Shown: in pieces, positions 49,861-61,575 of the stretch
How the letters are laid out: each line of letters begins with the position of its first letter
How positions within the stretch are numbered: the first letter of the stretch is position 1
Assembly (NCBI GenBank): GCA_028534125.1
Contig: CM052816.1
Location: 12,836,001-12,900,000 of the forward strand
Length of the DNA: 64,000 nucleotides
Source of the DNA: Lama glama
Lineage: Eukaryota
Reading direction: 5' to 3'
Notes under the pieces: generated by a model
The model's database searches: none
What the model saw: only the letters and a program-made list of their open reading frames with translations
What the model was told of the DNA's origin: nothing
Position numbers and translations under genes: made by a program

Positions 49861-52364
49861 CATCCCGAATGGCCCCCATCTTGGACATCGGTAGGTATCT
49901 CTGAGCTGGAAACTGTGCCCCGTGCTACAGCCAACCTGGCTAGGGCCTGACTTCCTCAGAAAATGTGGAGGGTACGCAGTCTGCACAGTGGCTCTTCACC
50001 TGAAGAGTGTTTGAACAGGAAGGGTTCAAGTTTTAAACTGGCTTTAAATCTGAGAATAAATGGGCTCATAGATTCCCACTGGAAGTCTAGTAACTACCAA
50101 GGTGAGCCGTGGCTCCGTCTCAGTTTTACGCACGGCAAAAATATCAACCGTGTTCAACACCCTGAGTAAACAACCAACCAAAGACTAACATATTGACTTG
50201 AATTTTTGCAACACAGAATCAAAAAAGCACTTGGAACACTCGAGGGTTGACAGTCTACCATCAATCTTAAACTCTTGGAGGCAGAGCTCGTAACATCTTA
50301 TCAGATGCTCCCAGACGGGAACCATGCCCGGCTTCCATTGTGTGTTAAGTTCCGACATAGCATTTGTCACCAAACACTATTTATTAGGGTCACTCTTGTG
50401 TGTTTCTATTGATATCAGTGTAATTATGTTCATTCTCTAGGACTAATTATGTTCATTCTCTGGGCCTCCAACATCATCCAGAGCTGACTCCAAGGAGACT
50501 TGACCAAAGCTGTTACAAAGGTAACTCTTTTGTACAGCTCAGTGAAACCAATTTCTGAGACTTAATGAAAGGACCAAAAGCCTCCCCCTGCTTTTGACAA
50601 TAAGAACTGAACAATGTTCCACAAGAAACCTTGCATAAGGTCTACTGTAAAGGGTTGGACTGGATGCCTTCTAAAATTTCTTCTGACTCCCAGGGCCCTG
50701 CTTTGTTTCCCATTTCACTTAAAAGTTATCTTCTGTTTATTGTGTCCTGGTGACAATGCTTTGTTGAAATGCCCCATACATAAACCACATTTGAGATCTC
50801 AAACTGAATTCAAAAGTGCCAGTTGTTGATAGCAAATACTGTAACTTTATCTAACTGGAGTTAATTGGAGAAATGATGAGTCGGTGTGACATTGTACCAG
50901 CCCAACAGTGCACTCCAGGTCCCAGAACATACATTATTTGAAAACTGACCCCATTCTCTTGAGTCCAGCAAAAGCTTCTACCCTGTCCTGGGTAGATTCT
51001 CAAATGCTTCTCATTAATATTTCCTAAATAGCTTCTCTTAAGTTAGGTGAGATTTGCATCTGTTTTGTTTAGCAATTATAAACTCCCATTTCGACCGTAA
51101 GTTGAGCATTGGAGACCAGCGAACAATATTTGAAAAGCAAAATAAAAAGAAATACTACCCATTGGAAATGATCAGGGCTCATGGGTAAAACACTGGCTCA
51201 TAAGGCACGGCTGTCATACGTGTACCTATCACTCCTGTTCTACTATTTTGCAATGAATGGCTGGAGAGCACGTGTTCTGTTTCACTGGCCTCAGCCAGTA
51301 CTTGCCGTGTAAACCGTTCCACGTTGCACATTCATGGGCAATTAACCAGATTCCTACAATATCCGCCTAATTCTCTAGGAAGAAGGAAGGACCAAGCCCG
51401 GCGTTAGGCAAGGAGTAAGCATTCTACAAATACTGTCAGTTTGGTTGCCTAACTGGACTGGAAACTGCTTTCATTATTTCTGGAAATGGGGGTTCCAGCT
51501 AGCACGATGGGCCAGTGAATTACTAAACGTTGCTAATGCTGAAATGCACTTGATACAGGCTTTCCTGAGGGCTTACTCACCTGCTAGCGATGAGTTTAGG
51601 CAAGACACTGTCTGCCTTGATCAGGATTAAATTTTAAGTCCTTTAAGTACAGGTTTGGGTGTCTTACTGTTTCTCTCTGTATGTGCATATGTACATACGT
51701 GTATCTTATCACAGATTCTATGATAGAGTCCAGGACATCCAGAATGATTGTGAGCAGCCAAGAGTGAGGAAGGGGGAATGAGCTTAGTAGGCTGAGACAG
51801 AGAATGTCTGGCGTCTTTCTGATTCTGTGTCTCTGTACACATGACCCATCTGTCCCCACTCTCTTGCCCTTTCTTTGCCAATCTGCACACATTAAAATTG
51901 CTAAGATCCACGTGAAAACCTTTCGTCTCAAGATATAGCATCAGCTTGGCGCTTGTTAGGTACCAGACCTTACATGTGTTATTTTGCTTGGTCTTCACCA
52001 TCGCCCTTAGTGTAAGTGTGGCAGCATCTGTATTGTAGATGGGGGCATGTGACATAAAGAGGTGAGGGTGACAGAGGTGGGTGATAGAGGAGCGTTTGAA
52101 CCCAAGTGCTTCCAAAGCCCGTGCCTCTCATTGTTAGACGTAAAGCGATGGAGCCGTTCAGGACCTGCCCTGTCCCATCTGACCACACCTTACGCCACAT
52201 CCCTTTAGAACTACTTTTAAACCACAAACCACAGTTATGCACACACGACTCTGAAAATACATTCTGTTTGTTTTGTGTTAGTAATGTTGACTTCCCAGAT
52301 CAATGGTAGGGTCTTCTAGAACAGAAACTTGGTGTTCTGCCTTCTCTGGGTTTGATTGCGTGGT

Positions 52365-52585
52365 GAGCTGCGGAACCACACAGCCCAAGTGCAAACCTGG
52401 ACCCACCATTCACTGGTAGTGTGACCTTGAGCAACTTACTGTGCTGTATTTCCTCATTTGCAAACTGGGTACCAAAAATACACCTTCCTTATAAGATGGA
52501 TATTTTACGTGAGGATTAAATACATAAATACATGGAAAGCCTATAGAATGGGATACAGTAAGTGCGTAATGGTTGTTAGCTGCTA
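52365..52585 (+). mobile_element. MIR SINE
   Basis: 'gtgtgaccttgagcaacttact...tttcctcatttgcaaactggg...gtgaggattaaatacataatacatggaaagc'. Confidence 0.8.
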
Positions 52586-53706
52586 ACTTCCCTTACCTAA
52601 ACACAAATGTGGTGCTGGGCACACAGCAGGTGTTCAGTTGTTGTCGGCTGGATGGTTGAACCGCCATGGAGGTAAATGAGGGATTTTATCACAAGGCATT
52701 TTTGTGTCTGCCTTTGGCTGCCCATCGCATACCAGCACCTGGCTCCGTGCCTCAAATGTCTTAATTAGTAATTGTCAAATCAATCATTGAATGAGTTAAC
52801 CAACCAACCGGCCAGTCTGCCAGTTTTCTTGCCTGCCAACCAATGATAGTGCTCAATAGACTTTTCTCTTCTTTAATGGAGCCTTCATCCTGTAGCTGGT
52901 AGCTCCTCAGGGTCTACTGGTTGACTTATCTTTCAGCACGGGGACTGTGTGCTGACTAACATAAATTTCCTCACACCAGTGTAGTTAGTATTGGCCATCC
53001 ACGGTCACTGGAGAGTTGCCCTTGCTATGCTATGAACAAAAAGAAGGAGTTACGACCAGTGCATTTTGCAAACTAAACATTGGCCAGCCGAAAGCATGGC
53101 TGGGCGTGAGGAATTTGTAATTTCCCCGTAAGTACTATTTGGCCTTTAAAGTTAGGCTTTTCTCCGGGGTGACGTAGAGAAGATGAACGTCTACAAAACT
53201 GGTGGTATGGTATTTATTAAATATCAGCACCAGGCTGCTGAGGTGGCTGTGCTTCCAGAAACTTCCCCAAACGCATGATTTCTTTCCAAATTATGTGACT
53301 GATGTGAAGTCCCGCATCCATAATAATGGCGAACTTTATTGGGTGTGCTGATCCTGGAGCTGATGAGACAGGCTGCGTGTTTGGGTCTGGTTAACAGGGA
53401 CAGACGGTGGCGATCAGTCAGCTTGCTGTGTTTACCGTATGGTTCCAGGATCTGAGGGCTGTTCCACTGGGGAGATTTTATCACTGTAAATAGAATTAAT
53501 GCATCTCAGAGGCAGATATTCAGAAAAAGCAGTTTGTCTTTGTCTTTGCAGGAAATTGGTTTCAGAGGCTGTGGTGGCCCATGGATCATGAGCTGGCTTT
53601 GCCGGGAAACTATTTATTTCCAACAGCCAACACAGTTTCTGAACTGTTTTGCTGTTAATTAGCTGAGGACGCAGTTTGACTGAGATCAAAGTATTCCAGA
53701 TGCAGG

Positions 53707-53746
53707 GCATATTTAAAAGAGGAAAAGCATATTTAAAAGAGGAAAA
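53707..53746 (+). repeat. Perfect 20-bp tandem duplication
   Basis: GCATATTTAAAAGAGGAAAA twice in tandem. Confidence 0.97.
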
Positions 53747-54142
53747 TGCCTAATTAACTTCCTCAAGTGCATAACTCCATCTCGTCCTTGCCAGGGGGGA
53801 CAACACAAGGCAGAAATCAGATGTGCTTACTTATTGCCTAATTCAATCAGAAGGAAGGGACTGAAGAGCCTCTTCGGGTTCTTACATGACGATTACAGAA
53901 GCTGAGGAATAGATCCACGAAAGCAGTGGTGCAGGAAGGGGAAAGTTTGACGTAGAATGAGAAGAGATTATTAAATAAGGGAATCTCCTTAAGGTACCTG
54001 AAGTTGGGCTTGAAAATAATTGTCCACAGATGGTAAGAGAATCACTGAATATACCTGTTCCTCGCATTTTTGGTTGAGAGTTGAAGACAATGATAAGAAT
54101 CATAGTCACTAATTACATTAAGGAAGTATGGTTGGTAGAAAG

Positions 54143-54176
<34 letters not shown>

Positions 54177-54180
54177 CAGA
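54143..54180 (+). repeat. Compound (TG)n(AG)n microsatellite
   Basis: Read directly. Confidence 0.95.
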
Positions 54181-55221
54181 ACCACCCTGCACATTATATT
54201 ACAATGGGAAAAAACAAAAACAAAAACCCAGCAATCACATCCTGGAGCTAGAACTCCGAAAGCTACCATTCCTTCTTGGTCCCCTTGACAGCTCTTCCAG
54301 AATTAGCTCTTTCCTCTTCCATATTTCACACATACTTGGAAACTACATGATAAGTGATAGCTATGCGAATTAGCACACATCTACCATGTCAGCATCTAGG
54401 GTTTTTTTTTTTTTTAAAGATAAAGATGAGTTTTGCTTTTAAAGCAAATGCATATCCCACATGGACTACGGGCTCCGCCATGCGTTAGGTTTGGACACGT
54501 GGAGTAAATTGGTTGGAATGCTCATTCAAATAATTTACTCGAGGGCAGGATGGTATCCGCCCTGTGCTCTGCTGTGTCTCCAGCTCCTAGCAAAATGCAT
54601 GGCTTATAGTACAAAGGCCATCAATCCTCTCAAATGGATAAGTATTTAGTGAATGAAGGAATGAATCAAATACTTCGGGGGGCAAATGAAAATTTTAAAT
54701 CTGTTTTTTTTTAATGACTCAAAATAGCAGTTAAGGCTAACATTTGCTGAACATGTACCATGTTTCATGTTTATGCTAAGAGCTTTACCTGCACCCTCTC
54801 CCTGGCGAGCATGTTAGGCTCTTGGCATACTTTGACCTGGAGCTCCTTGACAGTGAGATTATAAGCCCCATAGGACAGAAGGAACAGATGATATGGGAAA
54901 AGATGCGTCACCAGGATTCATTTTTAAATTCATTTGACAAAAGAGTTTGTATAGAGTACTGTCCATATGCCAGACATGGCACTAGGGACTCAGTGGTAAA
55001 CTGGGACTCAGCTTCTGTGTGTGTGCCTGTCCTTGGAGAGTTTCTAGTCTGCAGGGGAGATTCACAAACAAAATGAAGTTTGAAAATTGTTCAGCAGCAG
55101 CAAAGCCACCGCAGTGATCAAGATAATGTGCAGTTGGCAAAGAGGGAGACACACAGATCAACGGAACAGAATGGAGAGTCCAGAAACAGGCCCACAAAAA
55201 TATGGCCAATCGACTTCTTAA

Positions 55222-55482
55222 ATAAACTTTTTATTTTGGAATAATTGTAGATTGATTGAAAAGTTGCAAAGATAAATCAGAATTGCCACATGCCCCTCTT
55301 CCAGTTTCCCTTAATGTTAACATCTCACACTTCCATGGCACATTTTGCAAAACTAAGAAATTAACAGTGGTACAGTGCTATTGACGAAGCTCTTAACTTT
55401 ATTTGATTTTACCACAATTTTCCTACTAATATCCTTTTGGTGTCCCAGAATCTAATCCAGGATACCACACTGCAGTTGGCTA
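55222..55482 (-). mobile_element. Antisense L1M 3'-end fragment nested in the L1
   Basis: 'aaactttttattttggaataattgtag...aagttgcaaagata...ccagtttcccttaatgttaacatc...ccaggataccacactgca'. Host L1 text resumes afterwards. Confidence 0.75.
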
Positions 55483-56269
55483 GTTCATTTTTGCTGAACC
55501 TGCAAAGGCAGTTAATGTGGAAACAAAAGAGTCTGTTCAACAAATGGTGCTGGAACAATTTGCACTTACATATGTGGAAGAATAAACCTTATACTTCCTA
55601 TGAAAGACTTAAGATGAATGGCAGGTCCATTTACACAGACCTACATGTAAAATGGAGAGCTGTGAAACTTTCAGAAGAAAACGTTTGAGAAAATCTTTAT
55701 GACCTGGGGTTAGGCCAAAGATCTTAGAAATAACACCAAAAGCAAATGAAAACATTTGGAGTACACCAAAATTAGAAATTTTTATTTGCAAAAGACACTG
55801 TCAAGCGAATAAAAAGACAAGACACAGACCAGGAGAAAATATTTGTGAATAATATATTCCAAAAAGGACTTCTGTCCAGAATATGTAAAGAAATCTCAAA
55901 ATTCACCGACGAGAAAACCACCTACCCAATTAAAGACTGAACAGGAGAGTCAATCAGACACGTTAGCAAAGAGAATATGGGGATGGCCAATAAGCATGAG
56001 AAAAGATGTTGAACTTCATCAGCCATTAGGAAATGCAAATGAGTGCCACTATGGAATACCACTGAGTACCCATTAGAATGGCTAAAGTTAAAGACACTGA
56101 CAGTACCAAGTGTTGACAAGAATGTAGAACAACTGGAACTCTTACACATGCTGACAGTAATTCAAAATAGAGCAGACACTCTCAAAAATGGTGTGGCATC
56201 TTATCACAAAGTTACAAATAGACCAATAATCTGACCCAGCAATCCCACTCCTGGGTATTTATAGCAGAG

Positions 56270-56474
56270 CGTGGATTGGCAAATTGTGACCCCCAGGTGA
56301 AATCCAGTACACTGCTTATTTCTGTAAATAAAGTTTTATTGGAACACAGCCATATCGGCTCCTTTATGTATTGTCTATGGCTGCTTTTACACTAGTTGCA
56401 ACAGAAACTTCATGGCCCACAAAGCTAAAATAGCTACTGCATGGCTCTGTACAGAAAAAGCTGACTATCCCCTG
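56270..56474. mobile_element. MER58A hAT-Charlie element nested in the L1
   Basis: 'tgtaaataaagttttattggaacacagcca...tatggctgctttt...tggcccacaaagctaaaa...cagaaaaag...cccctg'. It interrupts the L1 motif 'ggtattta..ctagagaaatgaaaac'. Confidence 0.88.
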
Positions 56475-57104
56475 CTCTAGAGAAATGAAAACATATGTCC
56501 ACCCAAAAACCGATACACAAATGTTTTTCATAGCAGCTTAGTTCATAATCACCAAAAATTTGAAACAACTCAAATGTCCTTCAACAGAGAAATGGCTTAA
56601 CAAGGTGTGTTACATCCGTACAATGGGAGTATTTGGAAGGAACTGCATTTGAAAGGAGCAAGCTATTAATATGGCAACAACTTGGAGATTCTCGAAGGCA
56701 TTATTCTTAATGAAATAAACTAGTGTTAAGAGGCTGCTCACTGTCTGATTCACGTATGTGACATTTTTGGAAAGGCAAAATTCTAGTGATGGAGACTAGC
56801 TCAGTGGTCACCATGGATAATGGATGGCGGAAGGGTAACCAATACAAAGAGAAAGCGTGTGGAAGTTTTAGGGGCTGCTAAAATTGTCCTACAGCTTAAT
56901 GGTAGCTGTAGCTTCATAAATCTATACATGCATCAAAATTCATAGAGCTGTACCAAAATGTCAATTTCACTGTATATTAATTTTAAAAATTTTTTTAAAT
57001 AAAGGTAAAGCTGACTGCCCAAGGCCACACAACTGGCCTGGATTAGACTTGAGATTCTAACCCAATTCTGTGTCACTCCATTGCCTTTTCCTTTTTTTTC
57101 TTTT

Positions 57105-57437
57105 TGGCTTTAAACAACACACATTTATTACATTACAGTTCTGTAGGTTAGAAATTCAGCCGGGTCTCGTTAGACCCAGCTCAACGTTTTGGCAGGGTTA
57201 CGTTCCTTTCTGGAGGCTCTAGAGGAAAAATCCATTTCCTTGCCTTTTCCAGCTTCGAGAGCCCCGTTTCTTGGCTCTGGTTCCCTTCCTGAGCAGCGCT
57301 GCAGCTTTCTGGTAGTCCCTTCAGAGTCACAGCTCCTTCTAACTCTACTCTTCTGACTCCCTCATCCACTTTTAATAATGGCCTTTGTGATTACAGTGGG
57401 CTCAACCGGATAATCCAGGATCACTTTCCTATTTTTA
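57105..57437 (-). mobile_element. MLT1C/D-type MaLR LTR
   Basis: 'ggctttaaacaacacacatttatt...acagttctgtaggttagaaa...ttctggaggctctagaggaaaaatccatttccttgccttttccagcttc...ggataatccagga'. Confidence 0.85.
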
Positions 57438-58382
57438 CGCCAAAGACTCCATTACCTTTTAACCCAAGGCACTCAGAGGGGTTAAGTCATTTGATTGGTG
57501 TCACATTCTGAACAATTCATAATGTTTGCATTAAAACTTAGGTGGCCCTGTTTCCCCGGGCTTGGGTACATACTGAGCATCATTCCTAGGGCGGAAGCCA
57601 CCTGCCTGATCTCCAGTCATGCGGTATCTGTCCCTCAGTCCATTTCTTTATGAGGTTTTGGGCAGAGACCCGAGTACCCATGCTTCTGGATACCCAACCA
57701 GCTGCTGTCATCAACCGAACCATCATCACACTCATCAGATCTTACATTTTTTCAATTCTTTACAGATTTCCAGCAGCTCTCCTTTTTATTTGAACTTCAC
57801 AACCATCCAGGTAGAGAACAGGTCAGGCAAGAATTCTTTCTCCTCATCTCGGAGCCAAAAGACCCTGGAGGCTTAGCCAGATTCAAGAATTTCCCCAAAG
57901 TCACAAGGTGATAGGAGATGGAGGAGGGTCTGGACTCTAAGAAGTGTGACTCCCCGCTCGCACTGCTCTTCCACTGCTTAGCCCTTTGTGTAGATCATGC
58001 TTCACCTTTGCTGAAGCCTCTTCTGGTTCAGGGTGTTGAACTGTGGGATGAAGGCATTCACAGAGCCGTTGTGTGAAATGTATCTTGGGATGAAACCTCA
58101 TTGATGAATGGGTGTTTTTTGAGTGTACCAACTTATCTGCCTGTTCTCTAAGATCTGCCGGGGCAAGAGCTCACAAGTTTTACCCATCAACTGAAGTCAT
58201 TCTAGAGCTTTGTCATCTGAAACTGAACCCCACCTTACTTCTTAGGTTCTTCCCTTCAGCAAAACAGACAACAGCAAATAAACTTTCTATGACCCATCAG
58301 TCTTGAAGAGGAAAGTTGGATCATCCAGATAAATGTCTCTGGCCTGCTTGATGTGTCTTTTGATAAAATCTTTCAAATTCTT

Positions 58383-58513
58383 TTATTTGTTTTTGTTTTG
58401 GGGAGAGGTAATTAGGTTTATTTATTTATCTTTTTAATGGAGGTACTGGGGATTGAACCCAAGACCTCATGCATGCTAAGCACGTACTCTACCACTGAGC
58501 TACACCCTCCACT
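58383..58513 (-). mobile_element. Camelid tRNA-derived SINE (Vic-1-like)
   Basis: Minus strand reads GGAGGGTGTAGCTCAGTGGTAGAGTACGTGCTTAGCATGCATGAGGTCTTGGGTTCAATCCCCAGTACCTCC, with Pol III A and B boxes and an A-rich tail. Perfect TSD TCTTTCAAATTCTT at 58369-58382 and 58514-58527. Confidence 0.9.
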
Positions 58514-58715
58514 TCTTTCAAATTCTTGATTAGATTTAGTTGGCATGGTAGGTCATGGGATTACTAACTTTGACTTTCAGTTGGAGAACATGCATTTCTC
58601 ACATGTTACACAGCAAACATTTAAATGAAAAGGTGAAAAATATTTGAAGGCAAAAAAAAAGTATCTGACTATCACCCAAGCCAATCTAAATGTTTTTTAC
58701 TCTGAATAGAAGGTA

Positions 58716-58770
58716 ATACACTGGAAATTGATACAACATTGTAAACTGACTACACTTCAATTTAAAAAAA
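58716..58770 (+). mobile_element. Extreme 3' tip of a young L1
   Basis: 'tacactggaaattgatacaacattgtaaactgactacacttcaatttaaaaaaa' matches the end of the L1 at about 16900-16950. Confidence 0.75.
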
Positions 58771-59357
58771 GTTTTGAAAGATGATAAGACCCAGGAGATG
58801 AAACCCCCATGTCATTAATACGCCAAGGAGGAGAACCAGTCTAGGAGACTGTCATTAATTCCATTCATTCCCCTCTCAATTTCTTTTCACTTTGCATGTA
58901 CCATCGAGAAGGATGAACAGATACAAGGTGCAGGGAGAGTATATTGTGGTTTGCATTTGAGAAAGCAGCCTTGCTCTAAAGAGAGGCTGGCACAGCCGAG
59001 TGATGTGTGGTTAGTGAGCCAGACTGTAATTCTATTAGCTCGCTGCTGTCTGTGAAAGTGCTAAATGTCTGCAGCTTCCCCCAGGCAGGTGATTCAGCAC
59101 CTTCCACATCAGGGGCCAGATCTGATTGAAATTCCACTCTTGTGTAACCAGATTATTGTTGCCAAGTCAAAAGGAGACAGGATGCTGTGCGTTCGTAACA
59201 ACGTGGTTCTGCATAGTTCTTGACTGCAACGTTTGTTTTTTCACATGGGCATACTTTCCTACCCAGCCCTCTTTTTGTGGTGCCATTTGCTGTAGGGTTT
59301 CAGAAAGATACTGGTTCATTATTTCTGACTCTCATAATATTCATTCTTGTTACTCAC

Positions 59358-59383
59358 CCGTAAGGACCTGTCTCCAGTCATTG
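59358..59383 (-). other. Candidate 26-nt microexon
   Basis: Minus strand 'tgtgtgtgttatttgtctctgattccacctctag|CAATGACTGGAGACAGGTCCTTACGG|gtgagt' in non-repetitive sequence. Confidence 0.25.
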
Positions 59384-59869
59384 CTAGAGGTGGAATCAGA
59401 GACAAATAACACACACAAAATTATTTCTGGTTTTAATTTGAATGGCAACTACAGTCTCTTTCCCTGTTCAATTATTATTCTTGGAAATAATTCCCAAGTG
59501 TCTAGTTTCAGGGAGAAACCATCACCAAATAAACATCATATCAAGTTTGTATTAATGTGATGGGTTGGCATTTTGTGCTATCAAGTCTTGTTACTATGAC
59601 TTACAGTGACGAGTAAGAGAAGGAAACTTGTAAATTACATGGAGGCAGAAATGTGATTTGTGTAAATATACACGTTTTGGTCTTGGCACATATAAACATG
59701 CACACAGTCATGCTGTGGGGGAAATGAAATCCCTTGTGAGTGCTCATTCACTCAGTCAAGCAACAGAAGAGCACAGTCTGATGCAAATGGTTCCACGTGG
59801 TTGGACGTGGCAGGGGAGCAGCTGGAAGCTGTGGGAAGTTAGCCAGCCCCACAAGATACAAAGTGCTGT

Positions 59870-60665
59870 TTCTCTTCACGACAAGTATCTTTTTGAGCAT
59901 CTATTAAGTACCAGAGCTTGAGAAGACAGCAGTGGGACGGCAAGAGCTCTGCTCTCCCAGGAGTTATTTCTGATGGAAGACATTCATGACGCAAAGGAGG
60001 AAGATACTTAACAAAAAATGATTACTGCTATGAAGGAAATTCACAGGGAGACAAGATCGAGAATGATGGGAGAAGGAGAGTCGTGGGGAGAGAGGCTACT
60101 TTGAGCGGGGTGGTTGTTGCTGGCGTCTCTAAGAGAAGGGAAGGGAAGAGATGAAGGAAGAGGAAGTCCAGCCTTCAGAAGAGTGCAGGGAAGAGTAATC
60201 CAGGCAGAGAGAATAGCAAGTACAGGGGTGCGGGCTGCCCTTCTGGAGGCAGAGAAGGGCAGAGAAGCGGGATCAGTTTGGTTGGGATGTAGAGAACTGA
60301 GGAGGCACAGGAATGCGGTGAGACTGGAGTCACACAGGGACATGCAGACCATGGTGAAGGGTTGATTTATTTTAAGTGCAACGAGAAGGGTTTTAACAGG
60401 ACTGATCTATGATCTGACAGCTCATTCCACCAGCTGGGAGGGGAGAGGGTTGTGAAAGAGATGGGAGAGAAGGCGGAGAGAGAGTCATTAGAAAACTAAA
60501 GTCATGCCAGCCAGAGGGACAATGAGCGGTGCTCCCTGGCAGCGGGCGAGGTGGAGAACAGTGCACAGGTGCATGATTTGCAAAAATAAATGGCCTGCTT
60601 ATTTATTGGGCGTGAAGGATGAAGGAAAGGGAAGAAATGAAGATTTCTCCTGGGCCATGACTGCG
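59870..60665 (-). mobile_element. L2 LINE 3' region
   Basis: 'tttgagcatctattaagtaccag...gaagacagcagtg...ccaggcagagagaatagcaagtaca...atttattttaagtgcaacgagaag'. Confidence 0.8.
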
Positions 60666-61146
60666 GTCATTTAGATTAATTTCAACGAGGCAATGCTGAA
60701 GCCTTCCTGGAGGAAATTCCATTTTATGGTGAGCATTTTGACTTTTCCTTACAGAAGGTGGTCCGGCAGATGGGCTGTCATTCTGGACTGGAGAGGCCAA
60801 AGTCATAGTTTAGTTGTGTGATCTCAGGCTAGACACCACCCTCCTCAGAGCCTCTGAACCACTTCACCTGAGCTCCAAGACCTTCTAAGCCTTGGAGACT
60901 CCGAGTTTCTCATTGGTGCGCTCTGTATAACCTCATAGAGCCCTGGGCGAAGGTGAGAGCACCGCGATAAGGGGGAACCGAGCCACAGAACAACTGGTGA
61001 AGTCCATCCCTCATCCCTACCCCCACCACCCCGGAATCTTCAGGGAGTCTCCTTAATGGTGCTCTTCCCATAGTTAATCTTTGTACCTTTATGTCAGCGC
61101 AGCACTGGGAAAGTCCAGGGCAGAGAAGGGGCAGCCCAAAGGACCA

Positions 61147-61162
61147 CCAGCAGAGGGCAGCA
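61147..61162 (+). promoter_or_regulatory. Candidate CTCF binding site
   Basis: CCAGCAGAGGGCAGCA matches the CTCF core consensus CCASYAGRKGGCRSY at every position, in GC-rich non-repeat sequence. Confidence 0.55.
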
Positions 61163-61399
61163 TGGAGCTGTGCACACCCGATCAGCCCCTGAGGTCGCGA
61201 GCAGCCCCACTCCCCTCCACCAAGGAGCATGCAGACCAGACTGGTCCCGGGGAGGGGGCGGTGCTGGGGTGGAGTCACTGCTGCTGAAGCAAACCAGGAG
61301 AGGAAATGTTCCTTTCAGCTGAGGTCCCAGGAAGAGCACGAGGGTATCATTACTGCAAACCATGACAAACCCGAAATGCAGCTGCAGCTCACCCAGGCT

Positions 61400-61575
61400 A
61401 AAAAACAGGTTAAGGAGTTATTTTTGTGTTCCACCACCATGCATGGAGTGCTCTGCAACGGGCCCTGATGAATGGTAGTGTACATTATCTCATTTAAGCT
61501 TTGCATCAACCCTGGGAGCTATCGCCTGGTTTTTGTCCCTATTTTGTGGGTAAGGAAACTGAGTAAGACACGAAG
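61400..61575 (-). mobile_element. MIR SINE
   Basis: 'tacattatctcatttaagctttgcatcaaccctgggag...ccctattttgtgggtaaggaaactgag'. Confidence 0.75.

Larger units (their letters stand above)
55090..57003 (+). mobile_element. Old L1 (L1MC/L1MD-type) ORF2 end plus 3'UTR, with nested insertions
   Basis: 'cagatcaacggaacagaatggagagtccagaaac', 'ttcaacaaatggtgctggaacaa', 'gccattaggaaatgcaaat', 'gacccagcaatcccactcctgggtattta', ending 'aaaattcatagagctgtacc...aataaa'. Confidence 0.9.

Noticed and set aside
58440..58513. tRNA gene
   Set aside because: It has a SINE tail and TSD, so it is a retroposon.
59093..59110. REST/RE1 site (TTCAGCACC)
   Set aside because: Left half-site only; no GGACAG right half at canonical spacing.
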